Below, one piece after another: positions 30,307 to 39,906 of a stretch of DNA of 54,894 nucleotides. The stretch lies in IMG/VR virus record IMGVR_UViG_3300024313_000009, positions 1 to 54,894 of that record, one strand, 5' to 3'. A program made the translations under genes and the position numbers. The notes below the pieces were generated by a model. The model was given only the letters and a program-made list of their open reading frames with translations. It was not told the DNA's origin and did not search any database. The stretch comes from a virus (lineage: Duplodnaviria > Caudoviricetes). Each line of letters begins with the position of its first letter. The stretch's first letter is position 1.

Positions 30307-33300
30307 ATGGCAATAACTATACAAGATTTGATAGCCTCTGATACTATCTCTCAAGCTGTTGATAAAATAAATTTTAATTTTGATCAGCTCTTGTTAAATG
30401 GTGGAGGGCCAGTAGGTCCTAGTGGCCCACAAGGTACACCTGGCCCAATCGGTGGTAGAGGGGAAAGAGGATCTGATTGGTATGATGGGACGGTTAATCC
30501 TAACACAATTATAGTATCACCTTCACTCTTACCTGGTGATTATTACTTACAGAGCGATGGTCAAGTATGGGAATATAATGGAACTACTTGGTTTACGACA
30601 CCAGTTAATTTAACAGGTCCTACTGGAACCCCAGGAACCTCTGATGGTTGGCTATATATCGGTAATGATGGATCTGGTAATGTAATTCCTGCAAACAAAA
30701 ATACATTATACCCTTCAGGTATGCCAGGTGGTGCTGGTGCTAATGCTTCTAACGAAGGTGTAGCTATGGTTTTAGTTGGAGGTGTTACTACACAAACCCC
30801 AACAGTAGGATATAGTTATTCAGCTGCATATGAATTAACTGATGATATGACAGCTTCTTTAGACTCATCAAGAGTTAGTATGCTCATACATCAGAAAAAC
30901 ACATCTGCTAGGGCTATTAAGTTTATGGGAGGTGATGCTCTTCCCGAAAATTTTGAACAAGATAATCTTGGTAACTTAGCCGAAATTTATTTAGGTGCCG
31001 ATGATGTACTTAACATAAACATACCTAAAGTAACTACACCAACCAGCACATCATCTGCAATTGGATTTAATTTATACAGTGGACCGCGCGGTATGAATTT
31101 TAGGTCTGGGAGAGGTGTTAAGTATGTAACTGGTGGAATAGGTAGTGGTTCTGGTGGATATGATATTGCGGATTATGAAATTGAAATAAATGAAGTTAAT
31201 GCTGCGTTACCTCCAGCATTTAGTGTTAATGTTCTAGGTAATAAATCTGGATTATTTCAATTAGGGCAGACTACCCCTCCTACAACTAATGCATTTAATG
31301 GTCTTGCTTATTTAGGGGCTGATGAAATTTTAATTGATGGTAGAACTTCAATAGAATTTAAATCTGATGCAAGTACATATATATTTGATGGATTAAGTAG
31401 TATTTCAACTGCACCGACAGGTTTAGTTGCATATACAGCTGGAGAATCTTTAACTAAAATTGGTTTTGATGGGGGTGTTGTACCAGTCGGTCAGATATCT
31501 TATAATACTGTAAACTCAAATTTGGAAGGCTCAACCGGTACTGATAATTATCTAGTCTCATGGGGTGCTCAGAATACATTACAAAACCAAAATTGGATAA
31601 TGTCTGGGGACGCAATATATCCTAATCAGACTGATACACAAAAATTAGGGTCGACTTACGGCGGAGGTATTAGAGCCCTCCATCTTTCAGGTGGAGATAG
31701 TACTGGTAATAGTCTCTTGTCTTTTTATGATGATCTTGGTACATATAATAGAAATACATTACAAATATCGGGTGGCAACTCACCTAGCACTGGGGTTGTG
31801 AGATTTGTACCAGGGGATGAGCTTTCCTTTCAACCACCACTCACTGGATCTACAAGGTCAAATACTAATACGCAATTTCAGCTTAATCTAACCTTTGCTG
31901 AACAAAATGAGGGAAGTAGTAGTGGTAGTTGGTATCAAGGAAAGCTTCCTGGTACCGTAATGGTGATTGGTAGTAGAACCGTAAGCGGGAAGCTAAGGAA
32001 TGGTACTACGAGCACAGTTAATTATGGTAAGATAGAAATTGCACCAAAGACCAATTCTGCTGGGCAATGTACCGGAAAGGAAATGGCTGGTATATGGGCC
32101 AGGCCAGAGGAGACATCAACTACTGCAGGTGGTACTACCAACAATTACTGGCAGAATAAACCAATAGTTTTTAAAGGCTCAGATGGCTCAGAGACAACTA
32201 CGTCTGGATCTAGACATTATGGTGGTGGTGCAGCTGTTCTTGGTGGTGATGGTGGAAATACATCAGGGCAAGCTGGTTGGGTTACTCTTTCACCAGGTGG
32301 TCAAAATCAGCTTGTCGCAACTGAATATGGTAAAGGTGTTCAAATTGGATATAATCCATACTATGACTTACCTAATGGTGCATCTACTAGCGAGGAAAAT
32401 GCTACTAGGAGATCTGCTGCCCAGATAACAATAGGACCGCCTCTTACTATGAATAGCACATCATGGAATCCTAATTATAAAAAGGATGAAATATTTTTAA
32501 AGATTCATCAGCCGCCATCTATAATTAACATCGGTAATACTGATGAGGAAAGAAGAAATGAATCTAGATATGTAATGATGGTTAAAAGTTGCTATTCCGA
32601 TGCGGATTCAGCTGGAGCAGTAGCTTTTTATAATAGAAACAATTCTAACGGTATAGAATTCTACCCACATTTAGGAGCAAACGATTTTAACCCGCATGTT
32701 GAAGAGAATGATACTTTAATAATGCACATGAATAATGGAACAAATGGAGCTGTGCAAGTAGGAGCTGGTGAAGGTGGTTTAGTTATTGGTGCTAAAGATG
32801 GTTATTGGGGAGCAATGAGGATTAATCAGGGTGGTGATTATGATGGGCGAGTCGTTAATAACCCAAATGAACCTAAACTACAGTTTTATGGACATGGAAA
32901 TTATTCTAGTGTAGACGACTTCCAAGATCTAGGATTCCAAGTTAGAAGTATTAACAGTATAGTCGATCATCCTAATGTACTTTCCTGTGATTCAACCAGA
33001 AGTATTTTTGCGTCTGGGTGGATGAAAGCTAAACAGGCTGGTGGTATTGCTATTAACGTTAATAATTCATATATACATTGGCAACGAATAGGTAACACAA
33101 TATCGTGTCATGGTAATATACAGTTTGGTAATGGTGTCGGTCAAAGAATTGTATATCTACCGGTTAAAGGAACAAGTGGTGGTGCCAATCTTGTTAGAGG
33201 ACACTGTGATATAGTAAAAGGAGGAACTTTAGATGATGTGACTGGCCATGTTGTTCAAGTTGGTAGTGACAGATTTAGTTTTAGAAGAAATGCTGCTTGG

Positions 33301-33354
33301 GTAAGTTTAGCCAACTCAAATGTACACTTCTCATTTGCTTATATAATGCTATAA
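30307..33354 (+). CDS. Tail fibre/receptor-binding protein
   Basis: N-terminal DTISQAVDKINFNF anchor, short collagen stretch (GPVGPSGPQGTPGPIGGRGERG), Gly/Ser/Thr-rich shaft and fibre-tip-like C-terminus (WQRIGNTISCHG...LPV). Confidence 0.75.
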   Translation: MAITIQDLIASDTISQAVDKINFNFDQLLLNGGGPVGPSGPQGTPGPIGGRGERGSDWYDGTVNPNTIIVSPSLLPGDYYLQSDGQVWEYNGTTWFTTPVNLTGPTGTPGTSDGWLYIGNDGSGNVIPANKNTLYPSGMPGGAGANASNEGVAMVLVGGVTTQTPTVGYSYSAAYELTDDMTASLDSSRVSMLIHQKNTSARAIKFMGGDALPENFEQDNLGNLAEIYLGADDVLNINIPKVTTPTSTSSAIGFNLYSGPRGMNFRSGRGVKYVTGGIGSGSGGYDIADYEIEINEVNAALPPAFSVNVLGNKSGLFQLGQTTPPTTNAFNGLAYLGADEILIDGRTSIEFKSDASTYIFDGLSSISTAPTGLVAYTAGESLTKIGFDGGVVPVGQISYNTVNSNLEGSTGTDNYLVSWGAQNTLQNQNWIMSGDAIYPNQTDTQKLGSTYGGGIRALHLSGGDSTGNSLLSFYDDLGTYNRNTLQISGGNSPSTGVVRFVPGDELSFQPPLTGSTRSNTNTQFQLNLTFAEQNEGSSSGSWYQGKLPGTVMVIGSRTVSGKLRNGTTSTVNYGKIEIAPKTNSAGQCTGKEMAGIWARPEETSTTAGGTTNNYWQNKPIVFKGSDGSETTTSGSRHYGGGAAVLGGDGGNTSGQAGWVTLSPGGQNQLVATEYGKGVQIGYNPYYDLPNGASTSEENATRRSAAQITIGPPLTMNSTSWNPNYKKDEIFLKIHQPPSIINIGNTDEERRNESRYVMMVKSCYSDADSAGAVAFYNRNNSNGIEFYPHLGANDFNPHVEENDTLIMHMNNGTNGAVQVGAGEGGLVIGAKDGYWGAMRINQGGDYDGRVVNNPNEPKLQFYGHGNYSSVDDFQDLGFQVRSINSIVDHPNVLSCDSTRSIFASGWMKAKQAGGIAINVNNSYIHWQRIGNTISCHGNIQFGNGVGQRIVYLPVKGTSGGANLVRGHCDIVKGGTLDDVTGHVVQVGSDRFSFRRNAAWVSLANSNVHFSFAYIML

Positions 33355-33376
33355 ACATAATATTAAATTTTTAAAA

Positions 33377-33619
33377 ATGACAAAAAAAGAAAAGAAAGAA
33401 TTAACTGAATTTATTGACAAATACAAACAGATTGAAACATCTATTGATCTTATGCAAAAAAGTATTCTTAGCTTAGCAGAAAAGAGAGATGATCTATTTA
33501 ATGATCTTGAAAAAATGAAAGTTAATGAAAAACAGTTTATGGATAAGCTAATAGAAAAATATGGAGAAAGTAATGTTACACCATATAAGTTATTACAGGT
33601 CTACGAAGAAGGATTATGA
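33377..33619 (+). CDS. Small coiled-coil protein (possible fibre chaperone)
   Basis: 80 aa with heptad pattern, directly after the fibre gene. Confidence 0.6.
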   Translation: MTKKEKKELTEFIDKYKQIETSIDLMQKSILSLAEKRDDLFNDLEKMKVNEKQFMDKLIEKYGESNVTPYKLLQVYEEGL

Positions 33620-34398
33620 TAATTATAAAAAACATAATACAAATACTAACTGATCCTAAAAATACAAGAATGTTTTTATTAGGTGGTATTGTAGTGTTAT
33701 TTATTTTATTATTTAGACAATGTGAACAAACAAATATAGCAAAAGGAGAAGCTGTTAAAATTAGCAATAATTGGAAAGCATCATTAGATACAATTGAAAA
33801 TTATATTGATAAGAATGGTAATGCTGCCGCTGAAATAAGAGCTCTTAATTTATCTATAGAAGAAATAGAAGGACAGTTAGAATTTGAAAAAGAAAAACCA
33901 CCTATAACTATTATTAAAACAGAAACGGTAATTAAAGAAGTTATAGTAGAAGTTCCGGTAGTTATATTAGATACAATTATAAATACCGTGGTTGGTGATT
34001 TTAATTCAGCCTTAACGTTTTCAGATAAAAAGGAATGGGGTAAAAGTTCTAGAATTATTGATGCTATAATACCTTATAAAACTTCTGATAGTCTTATATC
34101 ATTCGGTAATGCTAATATAGGATTAAAGCAAAATATATTTTTAACTGCATCATTAACAAGAGATGTTAAAACAAAAGAATTATTTGTAAATCTTTTAACC
34201 GATTATCCTGGTACTACATTTAATAGTGCCGAAGGAATATTAATTGATCAAAAGAGTAAAGCATTTAAAGGTTTACAATATGAAAACAGAAAAACCATAG
34301 GTCTAGGTTTACAATTAGGCGTAGGTTTAACTGGAAATCAAATTAGCCCATACATAGGTATAGGTTTAAATTATACACCAAAGTTTTTACAATGGTAA
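33616..34398 (+). CDS. Membrane-anchored protein, candidate spanin-like lysis protein
   Basis: Hydrophobic N-terminal segment ending in Cys (FLLGGIVVLFILLFRQC), coiled coil, and amphipathic C-terminal beta-hairpin (IGLGLQLGVG...PYIGIGLNY..W). Confidence 0.5.
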   Translation: MIIIKNIIQILTDPKNTRMFLLGGIVVLFILLFRQCEQTNIAKGEAVKISNNWKASLDTIENYIDKNGNAAAEIRALNLSIEEIEGQLEFEKEKPPITIIKTETVIKEVIVEVPVVILDTIINTVVGDFNSALTFSDKKEWGKSSRIIDAIIPYKTSDSLISFGNANIGLKQNIFLTASLTRDVKTKELFVNLLTDYPGTTFNSAEGILIDQKSKAFKGLQYENRKTIGLGLQLGVGLTGNQISPYIGIGLNYTPKFLQW

Positions 34399-34411
34399 AT
34401 AAATAAAAAGA

Positions 34412-35797
34412 ATGGAATCATCTAAATTTATACAACTATCAGACGGTATATTATTGGAGTATATTTATACTAGCCAATCAAACCCAACGGAGCTTAATAC
34501 AGGTACTTATCCTATTGAGATAATGAGGGATGGGCATACTGGTGGAAGTTTTCTTTTTAATACAGAAGCAGTATCACCAGAAATGGGGAACTATAGAGAT
34601 ATATCTGCAGTACCTATTAACGAGAACAAAACACAATACGCGTATTTAGATACCGACGTAGGTGTACCTTATAACGATTTTGATCCAGAATTAACTGATA
34701 GTGTAAATTTATTACAATCCTTTAGCCCACAGCAAAACATTGCATATGATAAAATAAGAATACATTTTATATCAGGATTTACATTCACTGGATATGACGG
34801 TATAATATTTGAAACTTTAATACCGAGAAGAGATGGTGTTTTGCTTAATCTTTCTTCTATTAATTTTTTAAAGAATGATACACCAGTATTTAACCCAGAC
34901 CCAGTATTAATAAACGATAAGTTATTTGCAAGTTACATAGAATGGAGAGTACCTTCATTGTTCTTTATGAATAACACCTTTAATACAGGAGATCCTAACG
35001 GATTAGGGTATAGGTTAACTGAAGGTCAAGGATTTTTAAGTACACCTACAATTACATTTAAAGCTACCGGTATATATGAAACTATAGTAGATAACGGATA
35101 TAGTTATTATAATGTTGAAGAGATAAACGCAGCAACATTTGCAAGTAGAGATATATACGATAATCTTTACGCAGAAGTTAAGGAGGCTGATGGTGGAGAC
35201 TATTTTGAATTGAGTGGTCAGGTTACCGGTTCAACTTTTGCTAATTTTATTGCTCAATTAAACTCTTCTTCTGGTGGTGCTGATAATATAGTATTTCATG
35301 AAATTAATGTAAGTGAACAAATAGGTACAAACTTTATAAAAACCAGCACACAAGTATTTACACAAACTACGAATTTTGATAACCCTATTTTATTTAGGCC
35401 TATTATTTTAAACAGTGCAGTTGCCGCGTCGTTTTCTATTAATTATATGTTAAGAATTTATAACCGAGCTGATAATACTCAAATAGTGAAAATTGCTAAA
35501 TTGACTTCATTTGATGTTAATAAGTATGGTCGAAGATTAATGAAAATAAATTTAGGTGTAGTACCAACTGTTGCTAATGTTTATAATCAAGTAGCAGAAG
35601 ATGATGGTAAAAACATAATTGTAAATAATGGCGGTGTTGGTAATAATCCAGGACAGACGTCAGATCAAATAGTAGAACAGCTGGTAGTAAAGACAAAATA
35701 TGTAACTTCATTTAGAGATAGAATAAATGTAAAGGCTGCAATTTCACCAGCAAAAATACAAACAATAACAGAAAACGATGGCAGCACAACAGAATAA
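34412..35797 (+). CDS. Virion structural protein (unknown family)
   Basis: 461 aa, beta-rich, preceded by late-type motif at 34397-34406. Confidence 0.6.
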   Translation: MESSKFIQLSDGILLEYIYTSQSNPTELNTGTYPIEIMRDGHTGGSFLFNTEAVSPEMGNYRDISAVPINENKTQYAYLDTDVGVPYNDFDPELTDSVNLLQSFSPQQNIAYDKIRIHFISGFTFTGYDGIIFETLIPRRDGVLLNLSSINFLKNDTPVFNPDPVLINDKLFASYIEWRVPSLFFMNNTFNTGDPNGLGYRLTEGQGFLSTPTITFKATGIYETIVDNGYSYYNVEEINAATFASRDIYDNLYAEVKEADGGDYFELSGQVTGSTFANFIAQLNSSSGGADNIVFHEINVSEQIGTNFIKTSTQVFTQTTNFDNPILFRPIILNSAVAASFSINYMLRIYNRADNTQIVKIAKLTSFDVNKYGRRLMKINLGVVPTVANVYNQVAEDDGKNIIVNNGGVGNNPGQTSDQIVEQLVVKTKYVTSFRDRINVKAAISPAKIQTITENDGSTTE

Positions 35798-36791
35798 CGC
35801 GAAGACTACTTCAAATGCAAATACTAACATGCCGAATGAAACTACAACACCACTAGGAGTTCAAACTGATGTTGCAGTTACTGCTGAGAGTTATGAATAT
35901 TTTAAAAAATTTACTTCTTTAAATCCTGGTGCAGAACCTTTACCTGAAGGCGATGGGACTATTAGGATTTCCCCATTTGATGACTATATAATTTTTACAT
36001 TATTCGATGAAACAGGCAATGATGGTGAGCTAGCAGATACTCCAATTGACTTAAGTAATGTTGGAACTTTAACATTAGTTTTTATTGGTGAAACCGATGA
36101 AATAAGAATTCCTAACTGGACACAAGTACAAGAGGTTGACCTTTCGCAAGGACAGGTGTTATTTAGAATAAGTAAAGAAGATTCCAAAAAGATCTTAGCT
36201 TTAGATAATAATATTTTTTATGTATCTACAAGAATGGAGAATGAAAGTGGAGTTAGTGACGAAAGTGCAATTTATTCAGGTACCTTTTTAAGTTTGCAAG
36301 ATTCTGTACAAAAAAACATGACAGATAGATTAAATCGCCAAGCTGCAATATATGCTGCTGATATGGCAGGTAAGCAAAGAATCATAGATAATTATGAAAC
36401 TGAACTACGTGAAATGATTTCGTTAGATGAAGATCAAACTGCAACAATAGCTGGATTAGAAGCATCTAATTTACAATTAACAAATGAGTTAGCATTATTA
36501 TCAGAACAGTTAGGAAGTACTGAATCTGAATTGGCATTAAAGACTTCTCAGTTAATTGCACAGTCATTGGAAAGATTAAAAAGAAAAAGATCTCAGATAT
36601 TTGCCATACAAAAAAATGCTAAAGCACAGGCTTCTAAAGCAAAATCTATAAGCTTTTATAAACAGGCCGCTAAACTTAATGAAGACTTTGTTTCCACTGC
36701 TAACCCAGTGTATGACCCAGAGCCTGGTAAAGGGGTTCTTATTGATCCGGACTATAACCCAAACCAAGGCAGTGATTTTTTAAATAAATAA
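35778..36791 (+). CDS. Structural protein with C-terminal coiled coil
   Basis: 337 aa; overlaps the previous gene. Confidence 0.6.
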   Translation: MAAQQNNAKTTSNANTNMPNETTTPLGVQTDVAVTAESYEYFKKFTSLNPGAEPLPEGDGTIRISPFDDYIIFTLFDETGNDGELADTPIDLSNVGTLTLVFIGETDEIRIPNWTQVQEVDLSQGQVLFRISKEDSKKILALDNNIFYVSTRMENESGVSDESAIYSGTFLSLQDSVQKNMTDRLNRQAAIYAADMAGKQRIIDNYETELREMISLDEDQTATIAGLEASNLQLTNELALLSEQLGSTESELALKTSQLIAQSLERLKRKRSQIFAIQKNAKAQASKAKSISFYKQAAKLNEDFVSTANPVYDPEPGKGVLIDPDYNPNQGSDFLNK

Positions 36792-36794
36792 GAG

Positions 36795-37349
36795 ATGATA
36801 TTAAGCGCAAGAAATAATCAGTTTAAATTTGAATTTCCTAGAAATTTTATACCTAAGGAAATTTCAGATAAGTATAAGCCATACTTAAATAAGATGCCAG
36901 GCTCTATGATTAAAGAACCTATTGATTACTTTAATTATGGAATACAGTCAATGAATTTACCAGGTCCTTCATTTGATCCAATATCGCAAAATGATTTTCC
37001 TGGAAATACTAGAAAGTTTAGAACTAGTTTACCTAAACAAGAATTGTTTGATAAATCATTAACTATAACAATGCAAGCGTTTGATGGTTGGGTCAATTAT
37101 TGGATGGCTATCGAGGTGTTTGATTATTATTATAAACAAAGTGGAAAAAATCCGTTTGTACCAGAAGGAGTAGGATTACAAATGATTGATGGTAATGGCA
37201 ATATTTTTGTTACATGCCAATTAAAGGATATGATTTTTACTGGTGTTAGTGCATTGGATTTAAACTTCTCAAGTAACACGATAGAATTTCAAACATTTGA
37301 TATTGACTTTAGCTATAACTTATTAGAAACTGTAGTTAATCTTACTTAA
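36795..37349 (+). CDS. Tail completion/tube terminator, T4 gp3-like
   Basis: YFNYGIQSMNLPG and FTGVSALDLNFSS...FDIDFSY match the gp3/tube-fold pattern. Confidence 0.65.
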   Translation: MILSARNNQFKFEFPRNFIPKEISDKYKPYLNKMPGSMIKEPIDYFNYGIQSMNLPGPSFDPISQNDFPGNTRKFRTSLPKQELFDKSLTITMQAFDGWVNYWMAIEVFDYYYKQSGKNPFVPEGVGLQMIDGNGNIFVTCQLKDMIFTGVSALDLNFSSNTIEFQTFDIDFSYNLLETVVNLT

Positions 37350-37372
37350 TATATAAACAAATAGAAACAGCA

Positions 37373-37729
37373 ATGAAAACATTTAAAGATTACCTTACTG
37401 AAAGCCATAATGAATCTATAGATATCCAAAATCTATTAAACGAATCTTATGATTTAACAGAAGAGCAAGAAACTGCAATTGATAATGCAGTAGATAGAAT
37501 TATGGAGGAACATAATAACGGAAAAGACTTAGAGGTTATTATGGAGGAAATAATTAATGAAGGTATATTAGGATCTGTTTTAGGTGGTCTTACCGGTTTT
37601 GCTTTAGGTAAATCTGTAGGAAAGGCTATTGCAAAAGTACTAGGTATTCAAAAAGGAGCCTTGTATGATTTATTAACCAGTCGATTAATCGGTGCTGCAT
37701 TAGGAGCAGTATTAGGTAAAAGACTCTAA
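37373..37729 (+). CDS. Putative internal head protein: capsid-targeting N-terminus, acidic pro-region, glycine-zipper C-terminus
   Basis: Starts MKTFKDYLTES; C-terminal GILGSVLGGLTGFALG...LIGAALGAVLG. Confidence 0.65.
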   Translation: MKTFKDYLTESHNESIDIQNLLNESYDLTEEQETAIDNAVDRIMEEHNNGKDLEVIMEEIINEGILGSVLGGLTGFALGKSVGKAIAKVLGIQKGALYDLLTSRLIGAALGAVLGKRL

Positions 37730-37739
37730 TCCATTATAA

Positions 37740-38414
37740 TTGATTTACTCAGGTATAGATTTTTCTCTTAATAGTCCAGGTACATGTACACAGGACCATA
37801 AAGGCAAATACACATTTATTACATTCTTTAATTACGGTAATAGAATATGGGATGAAGAAGGTAGAAAGATACCGAAGTCCTTTTCGGTTCATAAAGAATT
37901 AATGGACGATAAAACAATATTAGGGTTTCCTTATTATAGACAAGTAAAGGATAAGGACTTTTTACTTAGGGAAAGAGAAAAACTCACAGATGGTCAAAAC
38001 ATAGCCGACTTAATTTCAAATATTTTAATAACATTATATGGAACAGAAAACCATAAGATTGCACTAGAAGGTTTTTCGTATGGATCAAAAGGGAATTCAT
38101 TCATTGACATTGTTCAGTATAATACATTCTTAAGAAATGAAATTGTAAATTCTTGGGGTGTAGAAAATATTTCAATTTACCAGCCATCACATGTTAAGAA
38201 ATTAGCAGGTAAAGGTAATGCAAATAAACATTATATGGTTAAAGCATTCCAAGACGATGTTTTTAACGATAAAGATTTAAGGAAAACTAAATTATGGAAA
38301 TGGACTCAAGGTAAAGACTTTACAGAAAAGATCCCTAAACCAATAGATGACCTTGTAGATGCGTACTTTATATTAAATGCAAATAAAGAAAAAGGGTGGT
38401 CATTAAAAACTTAA
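37740..38414 (+). CDS. ruvC: RuvC-like Holliday junction resolvase (TTG start)
   Basis: GIDFSL, IALEGFSY, PSHVKK..GKGNANK and DDLVDAY give the RuvC acidic residues and signature. Confidence 0.8.
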   Translation: MIYSGIDFSLNSPGTCTQDHKGKYTFITFFNYGNRIWDEEGRKIPKSFSVHKELMDDKTILGFPYYRQVKDKDFLLREREKLTDGQNIADLISNILITLYGTENHKIALEGFSYGSKGNSFIDIVQYNTFLRNEIVNSWGVENISIYQPSHVKKLAGKGNANKHYMVKAFQDDVFNDKDLRKTKLWKWTQGKDFTEKIPKPIDDLVDAYFILNANKEKGWSLKT

Positions 38415-38520
38415 TACATAGAATACCACTAAATACTTTAATGACTAGTAATTACATACTTCTCTTTCTTTAATTTAGTATATTTTATATATAGAAACCA
38501 GAACTTAGTTTCAGAATATT

Positions 38521-38787
38521 ATGATAAAAGCGATAAAAAATAGAATATTTATTAAAAAAGATGAATTACCAGAAAAAATCGGTAACATATATGTCCCAAA
38601 AACAGAAGGTCAGTATGCACCACCATATTCAGGTACTATCATTTCTGTAGGCGGTGACATAGAAGATCCGGATTATAAAGTAGGATCACGAGTACTATTC
38701 CACGACTTAGCAGGCACAGAGTTTAAATATGATGGCAATACCATATTCAGCATCAGAGAAAATGATGTAACCGCTATTATACAATAA
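38521..38787 (+). CDS. groES: GroES-like co-chaperonin
   Basis: IKAIKNRIFIK...GNIYVP...GTIISVG...KVGSRVLF...GTE...IRENDVTAII is the Cpn10 pattern. Confidence 0.9.
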   Translation: MIKAIKNRIFIKKDELPEKIGNIYVPKTEGQYAPPYSGTIISVGGDIEDPDYKVGSRVLFHDLAGTEFKYDGNTIFSIRENDVTAIIQ

Positions 38788-38793
38788 AAAAGT

Positions 38794-38834
38794 TCTATTT
38801 AGACTGAAACTAAATAGAGATATGAATATATAAT
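38794..38834 (+). promoter_or_regulatory. Hairpin plus promoter motifs upstream of gene 32
   Basis: TCTATTTAG/CTAAATAGA 9-bp stem (38794-38818); TGAAAC (38805-38810)-N18-TATAAT (38829-38834) overlapping GAATATATAA (38824-38833). Confidence 0.55.
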
Positions 38835-38872
38835 AAACAAAGGAACTGATATTATTCAGCGACTTATAAACA

Positions 38873-38987
38873 GGCATATAACAAGGCAAAGTATATTGGC
38901 AATACCCGGGCAAATTAAAAATAGGCAGAGCTGCGTTATATCCACAATTAATAACAAAGTAAAAATAAAAAGGCAATTAAAATGGCA
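38873..38987 (+). repeat. Seven GGCA tetramers in the gene 32 leader, mostly about 12 nt apart
   Basis: GGCA at 38873, 38885, 38898, 38909, 38924, 38972 and 38984 (the last overlaps ATG). Confidence 0.75.
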
Positions 38988-39902
38988 AATGAATTCGACA
39001 TTTTCAGTGTAAGCGTCAAGGACCTTGACACTGGAGACAGACCCGCACCAAGTAGCGATCTGTACACACCAAAACCCGACCAGGGAACTGACGGTACTTA
39101 CCGTTCACTAATTAGGTTTCTTCCTAATGTAAAAAACCCACGTAAACCTTTCGTTCGTAAATATGTCTATTGGTTAGAAGATAGAGATGGCAACGGCTTC
39201 TACGTAGATTCACCTTCAACAGTTGGAGAGAAATGTGCAGTACAAGACATGTTCTTTAAACTTAGAAATTCTGAATCTGCTGTAGATAAAAAGATGTCAG
39301 AAGGACTGAAGCGTAGAGAAGTATTTTATGCATTAGTGCAAATCGTAAAAGATCCACAGAACAGAGATTTAGAAGGACAAGTTAAAATCATGAAATTTGG
39401 TTATAAGATTAAAACCAAAATTGATGAGGAATTAAATCCACAATTTGATGAACCTACTCAAGTATTCGATCCGTTTGAAGGAAAGAATTTTGAATTAGTA
39501 ATTTCTAAGAAAGGTGGTTATCCTAACTATGATTCTTGTAAATTTCAAGGAAGTAAATCCGCTATGACGATTAACGAAGAAGCAGTAACTTCTGATGACG
39601 CAGGTAGAACTGCAATTCTTGATTTTATTAAGGATGCACCAGAGTTAGCAAACTTTGATTACCGTCCTTGGAATGATGAACAGCGAAATAAAGTAATGGG
39701 TGTACTTTCTCAATTTAGTAACCCAGGATCTTCTATTGAAACTGTTACTAAAAAGCAAGACGCACCAGAACCAGTAAAAGTAGCAGCCGCTGTATCGGCG
39801 GTAAATGAAGCTGCAGGATCTGCTGCACCAACTGCAACTAAAACTGAAGATTCTTCTAAAGGAGATGATTTCGATGATTTCATTAATGGTTTAGATCTTT
39901 AA
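38982..39902 (+). CDS. 32: Single-stranded DNA-binding protein, T4 gp32-like
   Basis: IRFLP, VKDPQNRDLEGQV..KFG.KI, FDPFEGKNF.L and GYPNYD.CKF motifs, plus acidic tail DDFDDFINGLDL. Confidence 0.93.
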   Translation: MANEFDIFSVSVKDLDTGDRPAPSSDLYTPKPDQGTDGTYRSLIRFLPNVKNPRKPFVRKYVYWLEDRDGNGFYVDSPSTVGEKCAVQDMFFKLRNSESAVDKKMSEGLKRREVFYALVQIVKDPQNRDLEGQVKIMKFGYKIKTKIDEELNPQFDEPTQVFDPFEGKNFELVISKKGGYPNYDSCKFQGSKSAMTINEEAVTSDDAGRTAILDFIKDAPELANFDYRPWNDEQRNKVMGVLSQFSNPGSSIETVTKKQDAPEPVKVAAAVSAVNEAAGSAAPTATKTEDSSKGDDFDDFINGLDL

Positions 39903-39906
39903 TAGT

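Noticed and set aside
36782-36791. Late motif AAATAAATAA before the gp3-like gene (similar at 51722)
   Set aside because: Formed by the previous gene's last codons and stop, only a few nt from the ATG; may be chance in AT-rich DNA.
3097-37349. Bacterial contractile injection system, T6SS or prophage
   Set aside because: Adjacent T4-type gp32, gp61, UvsY, UvsW and neck genes, with no integrase or host genes, indicate a lytic phage.
38521-38787. GroES without GroEL as a novelty
   Set aside because: Stand-alone co-chaperonins are common in T4-like phages (gp31 role in capsid folding).
38788-38981. tRNA or known riboswitch in the larger intergenic regions (also 46475-46640)
   Set aside because: No cloverleaf, T-loop GTTCRA or recognisable aptamer seen by eye; an Infernal/tRNAscan run would confirm.
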